Below, piece by piece: positions 18,729-26,392 of a stretch of 64,000 bases of DNA. A program made the translations under genes and the position numbers. The stretch is taken from the NCBI GenBank assembly GCA_030038095.1, contig JASHPK010000060.1, forward strand, positions 24,799 through 88,798, in the 5' to 3' direction. Numbering within the stretch: position 1 is the stretch's first letter; every line of letters begins with the position of its first letter. The stretch is from Thermoplasmata archaeon (lineage in GTDB: Archaea > Thermoplasmatota > Thermoplasmata > Lutacidiplasmatales > UBA184). The notes below the pieces were generated by a model. It searched no databases, had not been told where the DNA came from, and saw only the letters and a program-made list of their open reading frames with translations.

Positions 18729-20075
18729 CTAGGGCGCGACCGGGTACGGGGTGCCGAGCTCCGGGAGCCGCACCCGCGGACCCGCCGCACGGAACGCCTC
18801 AGGATGCTCGGTGTGGATCGGGTAGACGGTGGACGGATCGACCGAACGGACGAGCTCGAGCAGCTCCGGACCGGACGCGTGTCCGCTCGCGTGCATCTGG
18901 TGGAACTCGAGCCCGAAGTGGTCGATCCAGTTGTGGAGGACCCGATCGTCGACATCGTCCTCGCTGAACGGCTCGCTCATCGAGTGGACAAACGGGCTCC
19001 CTTTCGGCGGGCGAAGGTCGATGAGCTCGGGGAAGTGCATGAGGTCGATCGCGAGCAGGTAGTGGGCCCCCCGCTTCCGGACCTCCTCGGCCGGGATCGC
19101 GTCGTCGAGGAAAGGGGCCTCCCACTTGAAGAACCGCTTCTTCTTCCGGGCGTAGACGACCACCCCGTCCGTTCCCCCCGCGACCGGGAGCGGACCGCCG
19201 GGGAAGACGGGAGCGACCTCTTGGAGGAGGTGCGCGGTGCGCGTCGAGACGAGGAGTTCGCGGCCGGAGGCGACGGCGGCGTCCCGCAGCGTACGCAGGC
19301 GGTCGAGGTCCCGGGGGTAGGTGCACGCGAGCGCGAGGTTCGTGCTGCGTTCGAGCACCGCGTCGACGCCCCGCCGGACGCCGAGCTCGCTCAGGTTCCG
19401 TCGGGGGTCTGGGCCGGCCCGGGTTCCCTCGATAAGGAGGGCAGCCGGCCGCTCCTCGGCCGCGGCCTCGAAGAACGCCTGGGTGTCGGCCGCCCGGGGG
19501 CCGTGGTGGCGGAAGTCGCCGGTGTAGACGACCGTTCCCTCGGACGTGCGGACGAGGAAGCCGTACGCGAACGGAATGGAGTGGTCGACCGGGAACGGGA
19601 CGACCTCGAGGTTGCCGACGCGGACGGGCCGGCGGTCCTCGAAGAGGTGCCAGGCGTGCTCGCCGTACTTCATGACGGTCCCCGACCCCTCGATCGCCGC
19701 GAGGAGCCGCCGGGTGCCCCGCCCGACGTGCACCGGGATTTCGGGATCGAGAAGGCGCAGGTAGCCCGCGTGGTCCGCGTGGGCGTGGCTGACGAACACG
19801 GCGTGGATCTCGGGCGGGCGGTATCGGAGGTCCGCGTCGGCGAGCGCCTCGGCCGAGTAGAGCCCCTCGACCCGGGGCAACAGGTCGAACTCGAGGAGAT
19901 CCTTGACCGGGCTCGTCGAGCGGGGCTGGAGGAAGTCGACGTAGAACTCCTCGAACCGGGGCGAGAAGGACGGGCCGAAGTCGAAGAGGATCTGGTCCGG
20001 CCCGTCGCGCAGGAGGATCTTGTTCCCTCCGATCTCGCGCACCCCGCCGAGGAAGGTGAGGGTCGGTCCGGACAC
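18729..20075 (-). CDS. Metallo-beta-lactamase/beta-CASP ribonuclease (RNase J-like)
   Basis: GGVREIGGN, FDFG, SHAHADH, VDHS, YTGDFR, EGT, HASGH, PIHTE; GTG start at 20075. Confidence 0.85.
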   Translation of the reverse strand: MSGPTLTFLGGVREIGGNKILLRDGPDQILFDFGPSFSPRFEEFYVDFLQPRSTSPVKDLLEFDLLPRVEGLYSAEALADADLRYRPPEIHAVFVSHAHADHAGYLRLLDPEIPVHVGRGTRRLLAAIEGSGTVMKYGEHAWHLFEDRRPVRVGNLEVVPFPVDHSIPFAYGFLVRTSEGTVVYTGDFRHHGPRAADTQAFFEAAAEERPAALLIEGTRAGPDPRRNLSELGVRRGVDAVLERSTNLALACTYPRDLDRLRTLRDAAVASGRELLVSTRTAHLLQEVAPVFPGGPLPVAGGTDGVVVYARKKKRFFKWEAPFLDDAIPAEEVRKRGAHYLLAIDLMHFPELIDLRPPKGSPFVHSMSEPFSEDDVDDRVLHNWIDHFGLEFHQMHASGHASGPELLELVRSVDPSTVYPIHTEHPEAFRAAGPRVRLPELGTPYPVAP

Positions 20076-20082
20076 GAACGGC

Positions 20083-20277
20083 CGGACGCGCCCGAAGCGT
20101 ATCTGCGTTCGGTCCGGAGGGTCCCGGGGGGAGACGACGTTCCTCCCCGGGTACGGCGGGGAAGGGGTCGAAGCGGGCGCCACCCCCGCGAGTTTCTCCC
20201 GAACCTGCCCCGGAGTGAGACACCCGTTCCGGCGGGGAATTCCTCGCCGGTGGCAGGGACCTCCGGCCGCGTCCGAG
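20083..20277 (-). ncRNA. Candidate structured RNA or 5' leader of unknown family
   Basis: Nested long-range stems and hairpins fill a non-coding gap; 5' end about 30 nt downstream of TTTGAAG (see findings). Confidence 0.6.
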
Positions 20278-20332
20278 TCGGCCTCGGGGTCAACCAAAGC
20301 TTCAAATCCGCCACCCCGCGTTTATTTCATCG

Positions 20333-21235
20333 ATGCGTCCTTCTCGCAGACGCTGGCGTCACGCCCGACGGGGGGTCGCCACGATCATCGGGACGATCCT
20401 GTTGCTCGCGCTCACCATGGTGGCCGGCGCGCTGCTCTGGTCGTTCCGGATCTATACGCCCCCCGCGCCGCCCTCGATCTCGGTCGCGGTCCGCACGGGG
20501 AGCAGCCAGCCCGCCTGGGGAGACCCGACCGACTGCCAGCCGTGGGGCACCTGGACCTACCCGCTCACGGACTCGGAGAAGACTCCGTGGGAGAACGACT
20601 GGTACGACGAGTGCTATCTGACGCCGACCGGGAACTTCTCGGCGATCAACGTGACCCAGATCATCATCTCGGGGGTGTCGCCGAACAACATCCCGCTCAC
20701 TGAGATCCAGTTCCAGTTCATCTGCAACAACGCGAGCAGCACGGGCGGCACGACCATCCTGGTCCAGGGTTCCCTCGATTCGATGGTCTGGTTCCCGGGC
20801 GTCTCGACCGAGCCGGCGCCGAATGCCCCGAGCCTCGGATACTGTGGGAACTTCGACGCGGGAGGGTACTCGGGCGTCGCGGGGCTCACGCCCGCGAACG
20901 GAACGCTCTACAACCGCCTCGGGATGTTCTTCCCCCTGATCGGCAGCTCCTCCGTGCTCACGGTCGGGGATACCCTGATCCTGTACATCCACAACGGCGG
21001 CTGGCCGATCACGTTCCTCTGCGTCGCCGCCTCGGTCGGGCTGTACGCTGCGAGCGACTGTCCCCACGGGGACTCGGCGACGCCCCAGCTCGACTACGAC
21101 GACTACCACGGGGCGCCCCCGTGGTGCTTCACCTCGTACAACGCGTGCGACATCATGCTGACCTACACCGGCAATCCCGCGACCCGCCTCGCGCTGATCC
21201 CGGTGAGCACGCTCGCGCCCCCGACCAACCCCTAA
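20333..21235 (+). CDS. Type IV pilin/archaellin-like protein, Cys-rich
   Basis: Class III signal peptide RHARRG|VATIIGTILLLALTMV; 8 Cys; NxS/T sequons. Confidence 0.85.
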   Translation: MRPSRRRWRHARRGVATIIGTILLLALTMVAGALLWSFRIYTPPAPPSISVAVRTGSSQPAWGDPTDCQPWGTWTYPLTDSEKTPWENDWYDECYLTPTGNFSAINVTQIIISGVSPNNIPLTEIQFQFICNNASSTGGTTILVQGSLDSMVWFPGVSTEPAPNAPSLGYCGNFDAGGYSGVAGLTPANGTLYNRLGMFFPLIGSSSVLTVGDTLILYIHNGGWPITFLCVAASVGLYAASDCPHGDSATPQLDYDDYHGAPPWCFTSYNACDIMLTYTGNPATRLALIPVSTLAPPTNP

Positions 21236-21295
21236 GGTCGACGGGACCACCGGGGGGGACCGAGCGATGGATGCGGTCGGGAGCGCCGGACGGCC

Positions 21296-21802
21296 GTGCG
21301 TTCGCCGCGGCGGATGGTCGTGATGCGGAAGCTGGGACGACGCCGCCTGCTCGCCCTGATGATCGCAATCGCGGCGAGCGTCGTCGTGGTCCTCCTCGTG
21401 CTGATCGGGATCGGGATCCTCCGGCTCCCCACGCCGTCCCCCCCGAGCGTCACGGTCGACACCGCGGTCTGGCACATCCTTCAGGGCAACACGTCGTTCG
21501 GGTTCGGCTGGTTCGGGCCGTCGGTCCGGTACGTGAACAACACCGGGGGGCTGCCCCTCACGGTCTCCTCGGGGTCGACGTTCACGATGGAGATCACGCT
21601 CTCCAATCTGGACAACAAGAACCACACGATCTACAATGTCTCCGTCGCTCCTCCGTTCCTCCATGCGACCCCGGTGCGCGGGATCGGCGTCGCCGTGGTC
21701 CCGGGCAGCGACGAGTGGTATGTGGTGGTGAGCGTCGAGGCCCCGACCGTCTCGTCGGATTCGACCTACGAGCTCGCCCTCACGCTGAACGCCCTCGCCT
21801 AG
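21296..21802 (+). CDS. Membrane-anchored extracellular beta-rich (Ig-like) hypothetical protein
   Basis: Basic N-terminus, one TM, beta-strand pattern, NxS/T sequons; start may be 21314 or 21323. Confidence 0.7.
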   Translation: MRSPRRMVVMRKLGRRRLLALMIAIAASVVVVLLVLIGIGILRLPTPSPPSVTVDTAVWHILQGNTSFGFGWFGPSVRYVNNTGGLPLTVSSGSTFTMEITLSNLDNKNHTIYNVSVAPPFLHATPVRGIGVAVVPGSDEWYVVVSVEAPTVSSDSTYELALTLNALA

Positions 21803-21853
21803 CCGTGAACCGGCGGTCCCGGTCGGCCGGCAGACGTTTGGGCCCCGATCGGA

Positions 21854-21988
21854 TCAGCGGGCCTTCAGGACCTTCTTCACGTTGGGATGTTCCTTCGTGA
21901 AGATCTTGCCCCCGCAGTTGTCGCAGCGGACCCCGAAGAGGTTCGCGTCCGACGGGAGCGCCTCCCCACAGCGGATGCAGCGGAACAT
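21854..21988 (-). CDS. rpoP: RNA polymerase subunit Rpo12 (RpoP), below the ORF-track length cutoff
   Basis: MFRCIRCG...VRCDNCGGKIFTKEHPNVKKVLKAR, 44 aa; conserved position after rpl37ae. Confidence 0.93.
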   Translation of the reverse strand: MFRCIRCGEALPSDANLFGVRCDNCGGKIFTKEHPNVKKVLKAR

Positions 21989-22015
21989 CGATGCGAAACG
22001 ACGGGTTCGGGGCGC

Positions 22016-22285
22016 TTAAGCGTTGCCCGGGGCCGTCTCCTTCTCGGTCCGCGTGATCGGCGGCGGCGCCTGGAACACGTATGCGTTCGAGGCGTAGCGG
22101 GTGTGACAGCGCGAGCACTCGAAGACGCCGCTCGCGACCCGGCGCAGGGTCACGGTCGAGCACCGCGGGCAGGCCGACCTCCGCTCCCGGGCACGGTCAA
22201 TGTCGATGACCCGCCGGCGGATCCGTAGGCCGTAGCGTGCGCCCATCCAGCCGGCCGGGCCCACCTTCTTCGTCCGCTTGCTCAT
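22016..22285 (-). CDS. rpl37ae: 50S ribosomal protein eL43 (L37Ae)
   Basis: RTKKVGPAG..GARYG, CPRC...CSRC zinc ribbon. Confidence 0.95.
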   Translation of the reverse strand: MSKRTKKVGPAGWMGARYGLRIRRRVIDIDRARERRSACPRCSTVTLRRVASGVFECSRCHTRYASNAYVFQAPPPITRTEKETAPGNA

Positions 22286-23073
22286 GCGGAACCCCCCCCG
22301 CGGGCGAGCCCCCGGAGCCGGTCGCCGTGGACGAACGCCCGACGCGCGACGTCCTTGACGTCGTCCGGGCTGAACGCTCCGACGAGCCCCTTCTGCATCG
22401 CGACGATCTGACCGGTCTCGTCCGTGGCCACGGTCAGGCGGCCCTGGGCGGCCCGCTCCTCGTCGAAGGTCGGGTCCACGGCGATGGTGTCCCCGAGCCG
22501 CACGAACGTGCACTCGATCGGGAAGTGGCGGACCTCGAGCGGATAGTCGGCCTCGGCGACCTCGAACCGCTTCGCGGGCACGGTGGCGTGGGCGAGGGCG
22601 CTCACCGCGCTCAGGAGGGCCGTGTCGATGAGGTTGCCCGCGTGGCCGAGCGCGTGCATGTCGACGTAGCACACCCAGCTCTTCTCGCTCGGGGTCACGC
22701 ACAGTCGCGTGAGGTCGATCGTCTCGGCCGCCCGGATGGCCCGGTCGACGACCCGGGAGACCTCGATCGCCCCGGGCTGGGGCGGGCCGGGCTCGAAGAC
22801 GGGGCTCGAGAGGGGAACGAGCTCGGCGTTGGTCGTGAGGACCCCCGCGTTCGGCGTGTCGGGGAACGGCTTGCCCGGCTCGAGCTTGATCCCGCAGAGG
22901 ACCGCGGTATCCCCGATGCGCGCGAGGGCGGAGCCGTCCGCGGTCGCGACGAACCCGGGCTCGATCGAGACCGACCGGTACTCATCGGGACCCCGTCCGT
23001 CGAGCCGCTTGCCCTCGGCCGCGAGGTCGAGGATGTGGGTCGTGAGGATCTCGGCGCTGACCTCTTCGCTCAT
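22282..23073 (-). CDS. rrp42: Exosome subunit Rrp42
   Basis: RLDGR, ADGSA, PFPDTP, FEPGPP, RVVDRAIR, DPTFDEE, MQKG. Confidence 0.95.
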   Translation of the reverse strand: MSEEVSAEILTTHILDLAAEGKRLDGRGPDEYRSVSIEPGFVATADGSALARIGDTAVLCGIKLEPGKPFPDTPNAGVLTTNAELVPLSSPVFEPGPPQPGAIEVSRVVDRAIRAAETIDLTRLCVTPSEKSWVCYVDMHALGHAGNLIDTALLSAVSALAHATVPAKRFEVAEADYPLEVRHFPIECTFVRLGDTIAVDPTFDEERAAQGRLTVATDETGQIVAMQKGLVGAFSPDDVKDVARRAFVHGDRLRGLARGGGSA

Positions 23074-23822
23074 GCAGCCCCTCCGGCGGCGGGCGTGAGC
23101 GCGTAGCGCTCCCGGAGCGCCTGCTTCATCTTCTCGTAGATCTCGCGGCAGCCCCGCACGCCGAGGTCGAGGCTCTGCGCGAGTTCCTCGGGGCTCATGT
23201 GGCCCTCCATCTGCAGCAGGACGAGCCGCCCCGATTGAGGCACGAGGGCCATCGGGAGGTCGGCCTCGCCGAAGTTGTCCTCCTCCTTCTTGAGGTCGAG
23301 CGCGATCGCGCCGCCGACCTTCCCGACCGCGACCGCGGGGAGGAGGTCGACCATCGGGATCCCGGCGTCCGCGAGCGCGACCGACGCCGCGACGAGCCCG
23401 GCGCATCGGGTTCCGGCGTTCGCCTGGAGGACCTCGATATAGACATCGATGCTCGTCCGCGGAAACTCCTCGGCGAAGACGACCGACTCGAACGCCTCCG
23501 CGATCACCTTGGAGATCTCCTGCGAGCGGCGGTCGAGCCCCGGCCGCTTGCGCTCGTCGACCGAGAACGCCGCCATGTTGTAGCGGCACTGGATCACGGC
23601 CTTGTTGTTCTGTTGCAGGTGACGCGGATGGACCTCTCGGGGCCCGTAGACCGCGGCCATCACCTTGTTCGCGCCCCACTCGACGAACGCCGACCCATCG
23701 GCCTGGCGCAGCGCGCCCGCCTGGATCCGGATCGGTCTCAGCTCGTCGAGGCGACGCCCGTCGATCCGGAGCCCCTCGGGGCTCAATAGGACCGGCACCT
23801 CCTTCGCTCCCACGCTTCCCAT
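23070..23822 (-). CDS. rrp41: Exosome subunit Rrp41
   Basis: RIDGRRLDELRP, ADGSA, VYGPRE, DRRSQEIS, AGTR, DLKKEED. Confidence 0.96.
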   Translation of the reverse strand: MGSVGAKEVPVLLSPEGLRIDGRRLDELRPIRIQAGALRQADGSAFVEWGANKVMAAVYGPREVHPRHLQQNNKAVIQCRYNMAAFSVDERKRPGLDRRSQEISKVIAEAFESVVFAEEFPRTSIDVYIEVLQANAGTRCAGLVAASVALADAGIPMVDLLPAVAVGKVGGAIALDLKKEEDNFGEADLPMALVPQSGRLVLLQMEGHMSPEELAQSLDLGVRGCREIYEKMKQALRERYALTPAAGGAA

Positions 23823-23842
23823 GTTTGACTCCTGTGGAACTT

Positions 23843-24724
23843 CTAGAACGGACCTTCCCCCGAGCCTTCCCCGTCCGACGCATCGCCTTCGTCGGGCTCT
23901 TCCTCCCCGTCCTCGTGGACGGGATGGTGGGGCGTCGGCGGCACCGCCGCATCGCGGTACTCCGACTCCCGCTGGGGCGACACGGGGCCCGACCGGTCGG
24001 TCGGGGCGGTCGACACGAGCAGGCTCTCGACCCGATCCGTGAGGCCGGGGCGCTGGCCCTCGGCGTCGATGATGCGTAGCGCCTCCGTCACCCGTCGGAT
24101 GGCCTCGGGCGTCCCGTCGACCCAGACGCGGCCGTTCTGGCCCACGGCGATGTGCGCCCCGGTGTGGCGGGTGATCGTCTGGATCATCGAGCCACCCCGA
24201 CCGACGACGCGGGGCACTCGCGCCGGCGAGATGCTGACGATGGTGCCGCCCTCGAGCTTCCCGAGCCCCTCGCCGTTCATCGTGACCCCGATGCGGCCGG
24301 TCGGGTCGAGGTTTTCGACCTGGACGATCACGGCGTCTCGGACCCTCAAGTATCGGTCGGTCTCGCCGACCTCGACGTCCCACGGCGTGCCGGTCATGTG
24401 GAGCGGCGCCCACCGCGGGGCGCCGATGTCGAGGAGCCAGAACGTCCCTTGGACGTCGGTCACGGTGCCGATCACGGTGTCCCCGGGCTTCGGGATGTAC
24501 CGGCCCGACAGCGGGACCACCTGCACGAACGGCGGTCGGCGGGAGAGCAGTCCGAGCACGCTCGCGTAGACCTTGCCCCCGGTCCGATACGTGCCGGGCC
24601 CGGGCTTGAGCCCTGGGCCGGGGATCTCTTCACCGGGAAGAACTAGTACCCGGTCCCCGGAGGGAGGCGAGGAGGATTCCTCGCGGCCACGCCGACGGTG
24701 GCCCGGACGATGACCTCTAGACAT
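23843..24724 (-). CDS. rrp4: Exosome RNA-binding subunit Rrp4 (S1 + KH)
   Basis: VLPGE, YIPKPGDTVIG, VPRVVGRGGSM, VGQNGRVWV; acidic tail. Confidence 0.94.
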   Translation of the reverse strand: MSRGHRPGHRRRGREESSSPPSGDRVLVLPGEEIPGPGLKPGPGTYRTGGKVYASVLGLLSRRPPFVQVVPLSGRYIPKPGDTVIGTVTDVQGTFWLLDIGAPRWAPLHMTGTPWDVEVGETDRYLRVRDAVIVQVENLDPTGRIGVTMNGEGLGKLEGGTIVSISPARVPRVVGRGGSMIQTITRHTGAHIAVGQNGRVWVDGTPEAIRRVTEALRIIDAEGQRPGLTDRVESLLVSTAPTDRSGPVSPQRESEYRDAAVPPTPHHPVHEDGEEEPDEGDASDGEGSGEGPF

Positions 24725-24760
24725 TCTCTGTGCTGCACCGGGCCGCGCGACGGGAGTGTC

Positions 24761-25456
24761 CTATTTAACCAAAGCGGTCTCGGCGGCGCCCTTCGTGCGC
24801 GCGTTGAGCTTCTCGTAGAGCTCGGTCTGCACCCCTGCCGGTATCTCGACGATCCCGCTCCACGAGCCGTCCCCCATCCACTGCTCCTCGAGGACCCGGC
24901 CGATCCCCTTGAGTTCCCCGATGACCCGGGGGTAGTGCTGCGCCGGCAAACGGACCCGGACCTTCACCACGTCGAGTCGGATCGGGATCAGCGGTCGCAG
25001 CTTCGCGAGGACCTCCTGCACCTGGACGTCGACCGGACGGAACGGGTCGATGTGCACCTTCGCCTCGGCCATCGCGGCCTCGATCCGGGCGGGAGGATGC
25101 GGCGCCCCCGTCTGCGGGTTCATCGCGTTCCGGGCGATCGTCGCGACGATCTGCTTGTGCTTCGCCGCCTGGAGGGTGTGGCGCTGCTCCGTCGTGACCT
25201 GGACCTCGCCCTTCAGCACGATCTGCTTCGCGATCGCGGCGAGGTCCCGGGTGTGGAACGTGCGCTCGAGGTGCTCTTCGCTGATCTTGTCGCCCTTCTT
25301 CGCGTCCTTGAAGACCTGGTCGAGGGCCAGCTTGTCCGAGAGGTCGACGTCCTTCCCGTCCTTCAGGTCCTGAACGGCCTTCGGATCGACGAGCACCTCG
25401 AAGCGCGATCCCTGGGTCTCCCAGCGGGCGATGACGGCCTCCTCGACGGTCACCAT
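24761..25456 (-). CDS. Ribosome assembly factor SBDS/Sdo1
   Basis: RFEVLVDP, VFKDAKKG, GEVQVTTEQR, PHPPARIE, IPAG. Confidence 0.95.
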   Translation of the reverse strand: MVTVEEAVIARWETQGSRFEVLVDPKAVQDLKDGKDVDLSDKLALDQVFKDAKKGDKISEEHLERTFHTRDLAAIAKQIVLKGEVQVTTEQRHTLQAAKHKQIVATIARNAMNPQTGAPHPPARIEAAMAEAKVHIDPFRPVDVQVQEVLAKLRPLIPIRLDVVKVRVRLPAQHYPRVIGELKGIGRVLEEQWMGDGSWSGIVEIPAGVQTELYEKLNARTKGAAETALVK

Positions 25457-25483
25457 GGAGGAGCCTCGCGCCCCACGCCCCCG

Positions 25484-26239
25484 CTAACTGCGACCCGAGC
25501 GGCTCGATGGCCCGGCCGCGGGAAGGCGCGCGACGAACTTCTGGATCTCGTCCCCCGACAGGCGGGTCATCCCGCCCTCCGTCTGGACGGTGCACACCTC
25601 GACTTGGGCGAGGCTTCCCCCTTCGTCGAGGCCGGCGCGAAGGCCTTCGAGGGCGAGCAAGATCGCGCTGTCCCGGTCCATCCCGGGGCGGTACTTCTGC
25701 TCGAAGAGCTCCATCACCGGCCCCTTGTTCCCCCCGGTGCTCGCGGCCTTGAAGCTCGTGAGCGATCCCGACGGCTCCGTCTCGAACAGGTGGACCCCGC
25801 TGTCGTCGTAGCCCCCGACCAGGAGGGCAGTGCCGAACGGGCGCACCCCGCCGAACTGCGTGTACTGCTGCTTGTAGTCGCAGATCCTCCGGACGAGGAG
25901 GTCCACCGACATCGGCTCGGCATACGTCACCCGGTTGATCTGGGCGGCGAGCCGGGCGTAGTCGACGAGGACGCGCGCGTCGGCGACGAGACCGGCGGTC
26001 GCGCAGGCGATATTCTCATCGATCTGATGGATTTTCTCGAGGCTTGACGGCTCGGCGAGCTTGGGGTTCGGGATCCGGCGGTCGGCGATCAGCACGACGC
26101 CGGTGTCGTACACCACGCCCGCGGTCGTCGCTCCCCGACGGACCGCCTCGCGCGCGTACTCGACCTGGAACAGCCGGCCGTCCGGCGAGAAGACCGTGAT
26201 CGCCCGGTCGTAGGCCATCTGGCCGGGTTGCATCTCCAT
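25484..26239 (-). CDS. psmA: Proteasome alpha subunit
   Basis: YDRAITVFSPDGRLFQVEYA, GLVADAR, RPFG. Confidence 0.97.
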   Translation of the reverse strand: MEMQPGQMAYDRAITVFSPDGRLFQVEYAREAVRRGATTAGVVYDTGVVLIADRRIPNPKLAEPSSLEKIHQIDENIACATAGLVADARVLVDYARLAAQINRVTYAEPMSVDLLVRRICDYKQQYTQFGGVRPFGTALLVGGYDDSGVHLFETEPSGSLTSFKAASTGGNKGPVMELFEQKYRPGMDRDSAILLALEGLRAGLDEGGSLAQVEVCTVQTEGGMTRLSGDEIQKFVARLPAAGPSSRSGRS

Positions 26240-26271
26240 CGCGCTCGCCCCGTCCCGGCACCGAGGCCCCC

Positions 26272-26278
26272 TTTATAA
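26272..26278 (-). promoter_or_regulatory. TATA box of the psmA-exosome superoperon
   Basis: TTATAAA on the minus strand about 33 nt upstream of the psmA ATG. Confidence 0.7.
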
Positions 26279-26392
26279 CAGGCACCGGGGCGATTACACC
26301 GTCGTCAGCGGATTACGGACCGACGTGCGGCGCCTCGGCCTCCCGGTCCCGCGGCCGACAAGCGTAAGAGCCGGCCCGGGCCCACGAGGTCG

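Noticed and set aside
20195-20245. TPP-riboswitch-like words on the plus strand (CGAACCTG, TGAGA, CCGGCG.GGGAA)
   Set aside because: The elements are in the wrong order, no thiamine gene is adjacent, and no plus-strand promoter is visible upstream
20083-20277. RNase P RNA (a hairpin followed by GAGGAATTCCCC, and CAGA..GCTT near the 3' end on the minus strand)
   Set aside because: The P4 pseudoknot strands are not complementary and the length is short; resemblance judged insufficient without a covariance-model search
20076-20297. N-terminal extension of the beta-CASP ORF to 20297 as given in the ORF track
   Set aside because: No family similarity before MSGPTLTFLGG, and the predicted promoter lies too close to 20297; the region is better explained as structured RNA
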